Source of the DNA: Eledone cirrhosa
Taxonomy: Eukaryota
Direction of reading: 5' to 3'
Assembly (NCBI GenBank): GCA_964016885.1
Contig: OZ024740.1
Coordinates: forward strand, 273,544,001 to 273,608,000
Length of the DNA stretch: 64,000 nucleotides
Numbering within the stretch: position 1 is the stretch's first letter; every line of letters starts with the position of its first letter. The notes below the pieces were generated by a model, which searched no databases, was not told where the DNA came from, and saw only the letters and a program-made list of their open reading frames with translations. Of this stretch, positions 1-15,176 are shown piece by piece. The position numbers and the translations under genes were made by a program.

Positions 1-145
1 TGTGTGACGTAATAGCTTTGACAATATATAAACAACAGGCTATCGAACCAACCAGCCTGCCAACCAAAAATTTATAATGCATTGAAATGAAAACCAACCG
101 GTGTGTGTGTTTTTATTGGCAGCATGACCCTTCCAAATGATAGCA

Positions 146-150
<5 letters not shown>
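1..150 (-). mobile_element. Decayed interspersed repeat, same family as 63200-63375 (opposite orientation), next to (TA)n
   Basis: Reverse complement (tttggaagggtcatgctgccaataaaaacacacacacc...attataaatt...atatattgtcaaag...cgtcacaca) aligns by eye with 63200-63375. Confidence 0.6.
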
Positions 151-173
<23 letters not shown>

Positions 174-176
<3 letters not shown>

Positions 177-730
177 AAATATTAAAAAAATAATGAATAA
201 AACAATGAAACAGTTCCTTATATTAAACAAAAAAAGTTCATTATTTAACGATCGTTTCTAGGACATATATGTGTTAGAATTGGCATGCATATTAAACAGA
301 TCTATGTACAAAATTATACAAAATTATACAAACTATCAAATTTAATATACATACCAACACATATATATGCCGTCTTCAGAAATAATTTATTTCTGAAGAC
401 GGCATATATATGTGTTGATATGTATATTAAATTTGATAGTTTGTATAATTTTGTATAATTTTGTACATAGATCTGTTTAATATGCATGCCAATTCTAACA
501 CATATATGTCCTAGAAACGATCGTTAAATAATGAACTTTTTTTGTTTAATATAAGGAACTGTTTGATTGTTTTATTCATTATTTTTTTAATATTTTATCT
601 TGACTCTGTATTCCGTTTATCTTTCACCGAAAGTGATTTTTGAATGCATCTCTTCTTTCCATGATATCCGGATTACATTGAGTTCTTCATACGGATTGGA
701 CACTACCGTAAACTCTTGGTAGATTTATCT

Positions 731-734
<4 letters not shown>
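174..734. mobile_element. Hairpin-type non-autonomous PLE/retrozyme-like element: about 210-bp inverted arms (174-384 / 388-598) plus 3' extension, between (TA)n tracts
   Basis: Near-perfect palindrome centred at about 386 with a few mismatches; an HHR motif in each arm. Confidence 0.85.
387..531 (+). ncRNA. Type I hammerhead ribozyme with about 110-nt stem II insertion (mirror copy 241-385, minus strand)
   Basis: ttattt-CTGAAGA(393-399)-ggcatatatatgtgtt...aacacatatatgtc-cta-GAAAC-gatc-GTT^aaataa; stem I ttattt/aaataa; palindromic stem III AACGATCGTT. Confidence 0.7.
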
Positions 735-775
<41 letters not shown>

Positions 776-2242
776 CGTGTGTGAGAGTATATGTGTCGAA
801 GTATGTGTGTATAATACTTTTTAATTTATGAAGCAAACTCTGCAATTTAATGTACGCTTCATACTTTTGAATTTGTAAAATAAAGTTTCGCCTCTTCTTT
901 GAGCTTATATGACGTCCATATTTACTTATGCATTTAAAATACGCCCTAGGTACTAAATACCTACTCCATCCCTGCTGTAGACCTTTCAGTACGTTTATCA
1001 TTTGCCTATTCGGCATTTCCATTTGTGTGCATTAAAACAAATTATAACTTACCGATATAATCGGTAAATATTTCAAAATCTACGAAATATATTTGATGCT
1101 TTTTAAAGCTCTACTAAAGAATTAATACAGTGAGCATGATTTTCTTCAATTTATAAACCCCTTTCTTTAAGAAAAAATAAACTTCAAGAATAAAATACCA
1201 TTTAGTGAAATCCGATAGAATATATTTTACACGACGAAAAAGACATCAACGTTTATATGCTTACTCAATATACTAAAATGTGGCAGAGGCGTTTTTATTT
1301 TCTGAACAAATTCCTTTAATGGACGTATCTAATTGTGTATTTAGCTGCAGTTACTGTTGTTTAGTCCTAAATTTGGTGATAGCTATTTGTTTTAATTTCA
1401 TGTGTATTGTTTTCTATTATCTGATAGATTTTAGGCACAACATTTTTTAAAGCATACTTAACGATTTTTTTTTTTATAAAAACGAGCTAATTGTTATTTT
1501 TATTATTCATAGTAGCCAAAGAAAAAACTCCAATAACATTTATTAAAATAAAAAATAATTTTAGAAAAAAACTTACATATTTCGAAATGTTTTCTGTAGT
1601 TCCGCATTTTATAGATGAAAAAAGTTAAAGGAAAATGAAAAACTATTAAACCTAGATGCTGAAGAATTCTCATGTGTATTTCTCTATTTTATGAAATTTG
1701 ATGAATATTTCGAAACTAAATATTTGAGATATACTGTTTTGCCTGAAGCATTCAAAACATATTTTCGCTTCATTAGAAAAACATATATAAGTAAAATTGA
1801 ATGTATTCTACGTTTCTATCATTCTTTACATATCATCATATGAATTTATATTGGTAATTCAACATTTACTGTTGATGAAAATATACATTTTACAAACTGT
1901 TTAAAATCAGATGTATTCATGCACATGGTGTTTACTAATGTTTTTTTTTCTAGATTCTGATTTAGCTAAGATGTATTAAAACATAGCGCTAATCCTTTTA
2001 ATCATTGTAGATACAGATGAATTTCAGAATGACACATCTATCCAGATGGTAATACTTGCAGTTACCTATGAGTCAATTAACATACAATATATACATTTTG
2101 CCCACAATGATTTTGCATCACCTTTGAAAAAGGAACAACGTACTTTACCATATATCAAAAAATAATTACCTGAAAATGCAGGTAAAAGATATAATTAAGA
2201 CATATTATTGTGTTGTAGTATATTTAAGAAATATCTATCTCA

Positions 2243-2500
2243 AGCCAGGAGGCTCGTCAGGCCGATATTTATCCCGGTTTCGTGGCGTGAAACAGCTGAA
2301 AGAACTAGACTACCCTTGAACATGAAGCCTGTCCATCGCAGGGTTAAGCTCTGAGATATTGCTGCTACTCATTTTCAGATGAGTATATTGGAGCAACATG
2401 AAGTGCTCTAAAACATAATATACAACGTAACCCAGGAATCGAAACCACGATATTAGGATATTAGGTCCAACTCCCTTATCACTAGGCCACGCGTCTTCAC
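2243..2500 (-). mobile_element. tRNA-derived SINE (V/CORE-like domains), decayed
   Basis: Minus strand: gtggcctagtg (A box) ... gtttcgattcc (B box) ... ctgcgatggacaggc ... gaaaccgggat; related to 59015-59285. Confidence 0.65.
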
Positions 2501-3079
2501 TGCATATTTAATGCCATATATAATTTAAAACAACATAATTACTTGTTAATTATATTATGAGTAATTGGATATAAATATTTAGAATTTATTTGTTGCTGAA
2601 AAGCTATCAACGTATACCTCAATAATAATCTTCTTCGGAAGAAAAAAGAGTCAATTATATATACTGGGTCATTATTTGCTTTTACGACATAGGCTTTGGA
2701 AACTTCTCATCTTGTAAGATATTTAATTTTATCGTTCATCTTAACAATCACACATTTGTCGTAAGTATAAAAGAGAGATATTTCGACAGTAGGGGTGAGA
2801 AACATCTTGGCTTATAAAACAGCTTTTCACAGGTTATAATGTAATATTATCACCTGTGTCTAAAGATCTGTACATAACACAATCATTTAAGCCATAAACC
2901 CGAAACAGTAATCTACTATAAGTTGCATTTTCCAAGAACGTGTGACAGTGGCAAGAAACTCTCAATATATTCTGATACTAAAAGAATTCCCTTCACCAGG
3001 TCTACAGTGAGCAAAACTGTTCTAGCATGGCAGAAAAGAATCACAACGACTCATCCTTCTGGAAAAGTGTTCTCTATTT

Positions 3080-3260
3080 ATTCTTCTATTTCTTGTTGAG
3101 ATCTATTGTGTCTAGTTGTTGAAGTTATCTAAATCTGCAATATTATCGTGTGTCTTCGTTTAGGTAAACCATTACGTCTTCTACCTTCAGCCAGTCCGTC
3201 AGAACTTATATTGCTTAGGTATATGGCGTAGCCTTTAATGTATTTAAGGAGATTCATGAA
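3080..3260 (-). pseudogene. Very decayed RTE-like LINE 3' fragment
   Basis: Minus strand translates GLAEGRRRNGLPKRR, resembling the RTE C-terminal GxRxRGRPKxR motif. Confidence 0.3.
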
Positions 3261-4619
3261 TTGACACAATAAAGAAATAGCTGATTTTACCAGCTCTCAT
3301 TTTAAATCCCTAAAATATGTTGAAATTCAGTTGCGCAATGCATAGTGAAATTCTTGCAAGTGGCTGAACATATAGCTCTCAGGTTCAGCTTGTGATTCAT
3401 GTATATATGTGGGTGTGTAAATATATTTACAAGTAGTTTGACTGAATGGAGCTTCTGGATTACATGTATGCTAGTATAAAGCATTATAAGCCCGAAAAAC
3501 AAAGCATATAATTTATAGAATAATTCTAAAGGTTATTCCCAACACTATGTAATAGGCAGATTCGCAACTTTCTTTACATTTTCTTTATTACATAATGTTA
3601 GTTACAGTCTAATCTGTAATGTATTATATTATTGAAGCAAAACATTGTTAATGCGCCAGTACTTTTAACTTATAATGACATTTAATCACTCTAATAACAA
3701 ACTCAATTATCTGAAACATAGTAACTTAAATGTCATGTTAACTAATATAAATATAGCCACAAGGGAAATAGTTTTTTTCCTCATCAAACAAAATAAATTG
3801 ATTCATAAAAAAGTACATTTGTGTAATATAAGAAATTATTAATAAAAACCTATCACGTTTTCCTTTTAAATCAAGTCCTTACTAAATATCAAAGAAAAAC
3901 AACTGACATAATTGTTTCTAGAAGCTGAGAAGTAAAGCATATAGAATAACTGTTGTTTGTTGTGGCATTTAAATGTATGCAGCTATTTTGCGAATAAAAG
4001 AAGGGCCTTTGCAAAACCCTTGGAACGGATAGGTTACGACAGCTCTTTTCTTATGTCTAAATATTTAACTAACTTTTATTGCTATTAAAGTCTGAATATG
4101 AAATGTTTCATATAATTTCCTCAACATGAATGTCTGAAATCTGAAAATGATAGATATGGAAACTTAATAAATATGTCAAACCTTTTTTATATTCTCGTAT
4201 CATTAATTAGCTAAAACAAATTTGCCTACCATCACGACATCCCTTTTTTGTTTTCTATTCTTTATTTTGTTTTGTTTTCTTTGAAAGCAGTTATTTGTGT
4301 GCGGTTACGCCTGAAAATGTATTAGAGTTATGTAAGCATATTTACATTTATATGAGTGTATAAGCACCGTATATCCATGAAGTGTTTTAATAAGTGCATC
4401 TTTTTTTATTTATCTATATTTGTGTACACTACAGAAACTTGAATATTGTAAACGCCATGTCATATTGTAAACGCCACATTATATTATACTAATTATCTGT
4501 ATGTCTTTATTTGTCTATTTCATTATCTAGCATAATGCTAAAAATTATAACTAGATATCTCCTTTTTTAGTTACCCTGCCGCAATGCTCAAATAAGAATT
4601 TCATATTACTTTCCTTTGT

Positions 4620-4880
4620 AAATCCTTATAATTCCTGTAGTAAAATTCCAAGTTGCTTTGTTTAGCGTTGTACATCGTGTGATCGTCCATATAAAAGTGA
4701 CGGCTAATTTTCTTGCCAGAGCATTTGTAAACATGTCCAATCCGGTTTAGATCTTCAGTCAATCGTGTCAATGTTATGCAGGAAAGCAATATTGATAGGG
4801 AATTCCCTTGAAATAAGCTTAGATTTTATAACTCCTTTTTTGGTTTGTATCTGCAGAACTGCCGGCCACTTACTCATAGC
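4620..4880 (-). pseudogene. RT fragment of an RLE-type (R4/R2-like) non-LTR retrotransposon
   Basis: LNRIGHVYK...KISRHFYMDD resembles the KISHLLYMDD catalytic region; upstream MSKWPAVLQIQT. Confidence 0.5.
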
Positions 4881-5239
4881 AGGGTTTATGAATTTTTTGT
4901 TGTTGCTTTTCTTATTATTTATATTATTGTTGTCATTATCAATTTCTATTGATTGTGAATTGTAAAAATATAACATTTGTCATCTTTTCTGTGCGTATGT
5001 TTTTTTTTGTGCGTAGCTTCTGTGGTCCACATTGTCGTCGTCATCATCATCATCATAAACATCATCATTATAATTAAAAATTACCATAAAAATTACCAAC
5101 AAAACCTCTACAATCACTACATTTATTTTTATATCTTAATTGTTATAACATCTCCATTGCAACAAACTATATCATCATCACAAATACTACTATTATCAAC
5201 AACTTCATCAACATTAACATCTTACATATCATTATCATT

Positions 5240-5413
5240 GGGGGAATTGGCAGTATCGGTAGAGGGTTGGACGCATAGTTACGTCCCTTTACAGTCTGAG
5301 TTCAAATCCCACCGAGGTTAACTTTGTCTTTCATCCTTACGGGGTCGATAAAATAAAGTACCAGTAATGTACTAGGTAATTGCTGGCCTTGTGCCTAAAG
5401 TAGAAACAATTAT
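5240..5413 (+). mobile_element. tRNA-derived SINE family A (Nin/Deu-like core), copy 1 of a tandem pair
   Basis: tggcagtatcgg (A box), gagttcaaatcc (B box), ctttcatccttacggggtcgataaaataaagtaccag, tail ggccttgtgcctaaagtagaaacaattat. Confidence 0.85.
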
Positions 5414-5417
5414 CATT

Positions 5418-5607
5418 GGGGGATTGGCAGTTTCAGTAGAAGGTCGGACACCATGCTTTGCAGCATTGAGTTATGCCCCTTTATGGTGTGAGTTCAAATC
5501 CCGGCGAGGTTCACTTTGCCTTTCATCCTTACAGGGGTAGATAAAATAAAGTACCAGTAATGCACTGGGATAATTGCTGGCCTTGTGCCAAAAGTAGAAA
5601 CAATTAT
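5418..5607 (+). mobile_element. SINE family A, copy 2 of tandem pair
   Basis: Same boxes, core and tail as 5240-5413. Confidence 0.85.
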
Positions 5608-6349
5608 CATTATCACTGTAATGTCGATTACTACCATCATCATCATAATAATGATCCTGTTTCCTTAATTAGCTCCGTGATTAATATTACCCCCAATCAC
5701 CAACATCATCTCTCTGACAATCAATATCAACATCATCGTCAATATTACCATCAATATCTCCATCACAACGATCTTCATTTATTACTATCACAGACATAAC
5801 AACAAACAAATCAACTGCCATATACATCATCATCATCATTGTCATAACATAATCAATATCGTGATAGCCATCATCTCCACCAACCCACACCACCAGCCTC
5901 AGTAGCATTCCTAATCATCATCGTAGTCATCGCCTTCATCATCGTCATCAACATCTTCATGATCCCCTCCTCCTACTCCTCCTCTCCACCACCATCACCA
6001 TCATCATCATTATATAATTAACATGCGTCTCTAAGAATAAACATATTATTCTGGCGTCATAAGCTAAGCGAAATGAGTTACATAAATACAACAGATAATC
6101 AACATATACTTACAAACACCTACCCCAAACGCAAACATGATCATACATAAACAAAAAGACAAACACGGTACAAAAACATACACAAATGAACGGATAAACA
6201 AACACACACACACACACACCCGCACGCAACACACACACACACACACACACTCACAAACATACACACACATGCGCGTAAAGAAGAAAAGAGAGGGAAAATA
6301 GAAAATAGTGAAAATTAGAAAAAGTGAGATACTGCACATCAGTGAAAAA

Positions 6350-6388
6350 AAATATATATATATATATATGTTTGCATATATATATATT

Positions 6389-6462
<74 letters not shown>

Positions 6463-6572
6463 CATATATATATGTATATATATATTTGTATATATATATA
6501 TATATATATTTGCATATATATATGTATATATATATATATATATATTTGTATATATATATATATATATATATA

Positions 6573-6605
<33 letters not shown>

Positions 6606-6628
6606 TTGCATATATATATATATATAGT

Positions 6629-6703
<75 letters not shown>

Positions 6704-6710
6704 ATATATT
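6350..6710. repeat. Interrupted (TA)n microsatellite, representative of dozens of (TA)n/(CA)n/(GA)n tracts in the window
   Basis: Direct reading. Confidence 0.95.
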
Positions 6711-7208
6711 TATGGAGGGAGAAAGGGATAGAGCAAGAGAGAGTGAACTGGGAAAAGGAGAAAGAGATAGTATGAAATAAGGAGAAATAAGGAGAATGGG
6801 AGAGCTTGGATGAGACAAAGGGAAGGAGATATTTAGTGATTGAAATTAGGAGTAAACAAACTATATTGAAATCTAATTAAATAAAGGGAAAATACATTAA
6901 TGGAATAAGAAAATTTGAATGAATGCGTGATTAGCTGAAAAACAGAGGTATATAGGTTTTCAGTAATTGAGACTTTAATCATAATGGGTCAGAGGCGTCA
7001 AGATATTTTGCTATAACTAACTAGTCTTTATTTCAGTGTGGTATTCGTTTCATCGAATAATACTTGGAGAACTCCTATGTTACGGAACAAAAAGGTTGGT
7101 GTAAATGCAGACATGCACACAAACACACACACATAAACACTCAAACACACACACATACAAATACACACACACATACACACGCACACCCACACATACACAT
7201 ATATTTAG

Positions 7209-7448
<240 letters not shown>

Positions 7449-8559
7449 TGTGTGTTTGTGTGTATATATGTATTCTAGAATTTGGTGTCGGGACAGCAGG
7501 AGATCAGCCGTCGGGGCCTGACTATCTAATGTATATATATATATGTGTGTGTGTGTGCCTGTGTTTGTGGAGAGAGACAGTGGGGGAGAGAGAGGGGGGG
7601 GGATAATGAGAGAGAGAGAGAGAGGGTGAGAGAGGGAGAGAGGACTAAGAGAGAGCCTGGCTGCGAAGCGAAATCCCCATCAACACAACAGCATACCAGC
7701 GTCTATGTATACATTTAAACAATGATTTATCAAAAATAAAAGGAATGATCACACCCGAAATGTTCATGTTCCGAGGACCTGATATTGTAATATATCAACA
7801 ATAGAAAAAACATATTTGTCTAAGGGAGATTTAATATGGTGCAAAATTCAAGCCAATAAATGTTGTAGTTCAGTGAAATCACCTCATTAAGAATATGCAA
7901 GATATACTGCATCTTGTTTCTAACAATAGATTATACGGAATCATATGGAATAAAGTGACCAGCCTACAGACACACTTAAATTCATAGTAGTCTACTCATA
8001 AAAATTAGAAATCTCGTAAAGAATGCAACATTCGAGATAATCACCAAGCTGGGCAGGTTACATGAAAATTAAAATAGATGTTAGCGGGGAAAAAATGCAA
8101 GATAACACAAGAAAAGGAAATGCTTGAGGATAAACTAGACTAATTCATTAATTCTTTAATTCACATCTGAAAAAAGATTTCATCTTAGCAAAACAAATTT
8201 CCAAATCATATAAATTTCCACATTGTTTGTCGTTCCATCAATGAATTGGTCATTCTTTCTTATTTCTTTTTCTTAACCTTTTCGATTGATAGGTTTTCCA
8301 TTTTTTCACATACACTTTTGCCAAATGCGTGGCACTGGATGGCTAAATGATTTGCCATGGGCATGCCACAGAGAAAGAGCTAGCATTTGAAGTATTGCTT
8401 AACAGCAAAGCAATTGCAACTCCCCAAATTGACAATTATTTAAGCAAAGATATTTCTTAGCTATGAAATAGAGTTGTGAATACTTTTTCTTACACACGAA
8501 TCTTATATACAAACATACATACATACGTATATGTATATCTATCTATACATATCTTTATA

Positions 8560-8643
<84 letters not shown>

Positions 8644-8657
8644 CATACATATATGAG

Positions 8658-8711
<54 letters not shown>

Positions 8712-9018
8712 CACACACACAATTATAAGCATGTACTCTGAAGGTGCATTTTTCTTGTGTCTTTATATTACTCGGCTGTACAGGATATTTTTAACGCCAT
8801 GTTTATAAGATTTATATATATTTCTTCATTCAATAGTTTCCAGCTATTCTCTCCATCATGTCTCCATAACCATTAATAGGTTTGGTCAGAGGGGCTTCTA
8901 CCTAATTGCTCATAGAATACACTAAAACCTTTTATGAACAACGACAGCAGAAGGTAAATTAGTATTACATTCGTTACTGATTGTCAAACACATTAACAGA
9001 TTGGCTGAAGTTTTATTT

Positions 9019-9103
<85 letters not shown>

Positions 9104-9116
9104 TTATATATATATG

Positions 9117-9147
<31 letters not shown>

Positions 9148-9165
9148 GTATATATATCTATCTAC

Positions 9166-9226
<61 letters not shown>

Positions 9227-9582
9227 TATGCGTACACACTCATATACAGCGCAATACAAGAAGACACAAACACTTACATATATTAATACACCCAGATACA
9301 TATACACCCGTAAATGAATGAGAATGTTAATTGATTAAATACCTTTTCTTTCCCCCTTTTCACTCATTTCCTATTTTCTTGGTCCTATTTTATATTTCCA
9401 ATCGTCCTAGAGTTGTTTAATTTTAGACATACCCTTAGAACTATTCCTATAACACATTCTTACATTCTTATTCAATATATCTAGACCAAGAACGTGCCAT
9501 AGTAAATACATTTGCTTTATAAAAAGAATAGTGAGGATATTCTTTTGTATGCACACACACACACAGCACTCCCATATATATA

Positions 9583-9652
<70 letters not shown>

Positions 9653-9653
9653 G

Positions 9654-9703
<50 letters not shown>

Positions 9704-9725
9704 TTGTAAATATATATATATATAT

Positions 9726-10122
9726 ATACAATATATTAACAAATGGAAACTATATTTATAAAACCATATTTATTTCATTATACATATTTCAAGGACACCA
9801 AAGCAAATTATAGTGTGCTTTCATCAGATAAAATATAATATAGATCAGTTTTATAGGAGCTTCCAACAGACATGGTCGCATTCTTTTAAGGGTATGTCAA
9901 TATTTGTTTATAAAACTGATCTATATTATATTTTATTTGATGAAAGCGCACTACAATTTGCTTTGGTGTCCTTGAAATATGTATAATGAAATAAATATGG
10001 TTTTATAAATATAGTTTCCATTTGTTAATATATTGTATTTTTACTCCAAAAATTTGTTGAGTGCTTTGTATCAGTTATAAAAATATTTGCTTGTTGTATC
10101 CCAACAAATTAAATATAACTTC

Positions 10123-10124
<2 letters not shown>
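9726..10124. mobile_element. Inverted-repeat element (arms 9726-9855 / 9909-10038) in (TA)n with an HHR-like core
   Basis: Minus arm: CTGATGA-aagcacac...gtgtcctt-GAAA-tatgta; plus arm has TTGATGA; stem I imperfect. Confidence 0.75.
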
Positions 10125-10162
<38 letters not shown>

Positions 10163-10190
10163 AATGTATGTGTATATATATACATAAATG

Positions 10191-10297
<107 letters not shown>

Positions 10298-11205
10298 GTG
10301 TATATACATACATACATATATACATACATACATATATATATATATAAGTATATACATGTATATATGTATATTTAATGTAACGAACTGGTTTTCTCCTGAA
10401 AGTTTTGCAATAACCACGTGGAAAATGTTTTGATATATCGAGTGAAAAGTTATTAGTTGATATATATCCTATTGGATTTGAGTTAGTGTACTGTGCTGTA
10501 CCATTTTGGCATCATAGAACTAATGGTCTTATGTCCTCACCTTTTAAACAATGGAAAAAATTAAGAAAAACAAAAACAGATTATATTTCTTTGAGAAAAG
10601 CAGTGCTAGATATAAACTGATATGTTGTTTTGTATGTGGAGGTCTTTTGTTTACAAGTAATTTTGAAGAATACGTTTAGCTGATATTTATGACTGACAGA
10701 ATTCCGAATAACAATTTACAAAATTGCACACCATCTTCGCAGGTTCGTCATGATGGCTGAGATTGATATGGGTGATATCTAGTTTGAACATTTTTAAGCC
10801 AAAGTTTGTAGAAAAAGAATAACGTGGGCAGGACCAAAATTCCAGAAGGTTGATGTTTTGGCAAAGAAGGAATGCGCTGATTAAACTCTGAACATGATGT
10901 CAGTCAGATACTTCCAGCGTTTGTATGTGTTATAAACATTATTTAGGATAAATAAAAAAATAATTAACACAGACTGAAACAACTTGACCACATTTAAAAT
11001 AAAAATCTCTGTGCCCTTTTGAATAAACTTCGAATTTTAATGCCCTGTCTCAGTTGTCTAAAGGTGATTTTGTCATTGCATTGACAGTCATATGTCTTAA
11101 TGAACTTTGAGTCAAAGAAAAACATTACTAACACATATACATAAACACACATAGAAAACACACACATACATAATAAGGTTTACAAAAAGATGGTATTTTA
11201 ATTGT

Positions 11206-11238
<33 letters not shown>

Positions 11239-11269
11239 GTGTATATATTATATACATAAATGTATATAT

Positions 11270-11388
<119 letters not shown>

Positions 11389-11397
11389 AATATATTA

Positions 11398-11720
11398 AAT
11401 TGAAAAGGTGGAGAATAACATGGTCAACAGTACAAAAGATCGAGCTAGTATCGTATTTGAAACTGAGTGACACTGCTTCTAGTGTTCAGCAATTTTTAGA
11501 CAACTTTATCAGAGAACCAATCGTTAGATTGTAAATAATAAATCCCCCTTTTTTGTACTGTTGACCATGTTATTCTCCACTTTTTCAATTTTATTACACC
11601 AAGATAAACTTATATAGGAATACAATTGAAATCATAAACTCGTCATCTACTAAAACTATCCATAATAATAAGTATTCACAACCTCTAACTGGATTACCTA
11701 TAACGATATTTTGTTATCCC
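11398..11720. mobile_element. Short inverted-repeat element (about 40-bp arms 11398-11437 / 11551-11590) between TA/CA tracts
   Basis: aattgaaaaggtggagaataacatggtcaacagtacaaaa is the near reverse complement of 11551-11590; no clear HHR. Confidence 0.65.
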
Positions 11721-12238
11721 TTTTATATACATATATATGAAAACAGGAAGAAAGAGACGATTATTAGGAAGAAAAATATATTATTTTCCTTTTTTATTTC
11801 TCTCTCTCTCTTTTCTGGGTTAGAAAATGATTTAAACGAAATATTTTACTTTGTGTGAAGTGTTAAGGTATTAGTTGATTTATTAATTATTTAACAATGG
11901 CATTTATTTATCTATTTATATATTTAATAACTGTCTATTACCGGTTTCAGCATTTTTATGCATTATCAAATGATAGCGAAATGTATTAGTGTGGTGTCAC
12001 ACATGTTAAAGAGAAGGTTTAGAAAGAATAATGTTATTTACAAACAAGGTTTATGCAGTGAAAAGAAAAAAAGAAAAAAGAAAAGAAACGGCGTAATGTA
12101 GAGCATAAAGAATCAATGTGAAAGAAAAATATAATGTTATTTACAGGCATAGTTCTTGAAGTTAAGCAGATCAAATTGTGTTAATATAGCAAGAGTACTT
12201 AGTTGATCCATGATTCCATGATGGAGGCAAATGGTGGA

Positions 12239-12602
<364 letters not shown>

Positions 12603-12765
12603 TTTATATACACTCTATAAACTACAGCCGCCTAACAGCTGGAGCACAACCTAACATGAGATAGACACAGTAACAGCAACAAGCGCTTCGACCAGCGTCG
12701 CCGCTTGTTACTAAAATTTATACACGTAATAACACACACACACACACACATACACACACACACAT

Positions 12766-12812
<47 letters not shown>

Positions 12813-12814
12813 TT

Positions 12815-13236
12815 AGGATTGGTGCTCTGAAATAGCGATGTATACATGAATGTATGTATAGTGTATTTGGTAATATACTGTATGTTTAATTAAAAATATT
12901 TAGAAGAGAATTCGCTATGAGTTTTAAAGGCAGTGAATACGTCACTTACTTGTTCTCGGCAAATACAACAAAGAGCGGCCGACAGACAGTCTGTTACTCG
13001 CTTGTGAGCGTTTATCAAGACCACACACTCAGTTGCCTTTGCCAAGAATTATAGACGCGGGATTCTTATAGAATTCCAGTAATAATCAGGAGCAGATTAA
13101 ACAGAGCGATTGCTGGTCCAACAAAAATTAGGTATAAGTATTGGTGCTCTGAAATAGCGATGTATACATGAATGTATGTATAGTATATTTGTATGTTCAA
13201 TTAAAAACATTTAAAAGACCATTCTACGTCACTTAG
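12815..13236 (-). mobile_element. Partial tandem (322-bp period) retrozyme-like element with decayed HHR at 12975-13024
   Basis: Direct repeat at 12819 and 13141; minus strand gtggtc-TTGATAA-acgctcacaagcga-GTAA-cagactgtctgTC^ggccgc: all three stems retained, core mutated. Confidence 0.7.
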
Positions 13237-13252
13237 TTAATCTTGGCAAAAG

Positions 13253-13339
<87 letters not shown>

Positions 13340-13469
13340 AGTGTGTGTGTACAAATATGCATACACACACGCGTGCATGCAATCACAGAAACCACACGCG
13401 CATACGTAAATTTACAGCCATATAATGGACGTATATTTCTCCCGATATATATATACATATACACATATG

Positions 13470-13592
<123 letters not shown>

Positions 13593-14136
13593 ATGTGTGT
13601 GTGTCTGTGTGTGTATGTGTGTGTATGTGTATGCGTGTGTGTACATGTGGATGTTAATTTGTTCTATGTAAAATGCACATAAACTTACATACACAGGCAT
13701 ATGAAAGGAATAACGGATAGCTGAACGGAAAAAGTTTAAATGATATAAAAGAAGAAATAATGACCACCTGATCCCCATCTGTGCGTGTTATGAGGGTTTA
13801 CCTATTGCGTTTAATTTACAACTATGTGCTTATATCGTGTGTGTATGTATTTGTACATGTATGTTTGTGTCAGTATGCATTGAAGTATAATTTTCTATGA
13901 GATAATATTTGTATGTGCTCGTTTGTGTGCGAGTGAGATTTATATGAGAATATATTTTGTTAGTTTGCAATAAGCTCTGCGTAAGAAGATACATGTGTGT
14001 GGTTCCTTTCTTACGAACAGGAATAATTAGTCAAGCCTCTGATAAAAAAGAAATACAATAACCAGAAAAGCACACACACACACACACTCATATATGTGTG
14101 TACATGTACATATATGTATATATATATATATATATG

Positions 14137-14195
<59 letters not shown>

Positions 14196-14196
14196 G

Positions 14197-14273
<77 letters not shown>

Positions 14274-14335
14274 GTGTACATACCTACATATATGCCTATA
14301 TATATATACCTCTCTCTCTCTATATATATATATAT

Positions 14336-15176
14336 TTGTTTCCTTCTTCATCACTTTCTGCTGCTTAAACCATTTTGTTTGTTTAGCGTCCCCTTTATTT
14401 ACGTGTCCCAACGACATTTTTTTAGCCGTTGCTCGCACCAACCTGAGGTATATGGCCTTTAATGCGACGAAATGCCTACGATGGTTGGAAGGCCACTGAT
14501 GTGGACAAACTTGTTCATATGTAACCCATTTGCAGCGCCGCAGTTCATTATTATCATATTTACACATATATTTTTTCCTCCGCTGCCACCAGTCTGTTTC
14601 GTTCTTTGTGTCTTTACCCTTTCTAGCAGTCTCTCTCTCTCTGTTAGCCTCTTCCTCACCTTTCACTCACTCACTCTGTCACTACCTCTCCTCCTCCCCT
14701 TTCTTCCCGTTTGACCTGTCCGTAATCCTTTTCTCGCGGGCACTTGGCCAAGCCGGTATGAATTTTTTTTTCTCTCTCTCTCGTCTGCGACTTCACAGAA
14801 CTTATGTTTACCGAATTCGCAGACCAGACCCCTTCTTCCTCCTGTTAGACCTGTGCGAAATTCCTTCCTTGCTCACATTTCAACCAGGTTTGATGGTCTT
14901 TATTCTCTCGTTCACGATTCCACCGAATTTATATTCATAGAAATCAGGGACTTGTTTCCTTCTTCATCACTTTCTGCTGCTTAAACCATTTTGTTTGTTT
15001 ACCCTAGCGTCCCCTTTATTTACGTGTCCCAACGACTTTTTTTAGCCGTTGCTCGCACCAACCTGAGGTATATGGCCTTTAATGCGACGAAATGCCTACG
15101 ACGGTTGGAAGGCCACTGATGAGGACAAACTTTTTCATATGTAACCCATTTGCAGCACAGCAGCTCCATTATTATC

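Noticed and set aside
1953-2182. Possible host exon (pyrimidine tract-AG ... ATGCAG|GTAAAA)
   Set aside because: Stops in all plus frames and no recognisable protein; a UTR exon cannot be excluded
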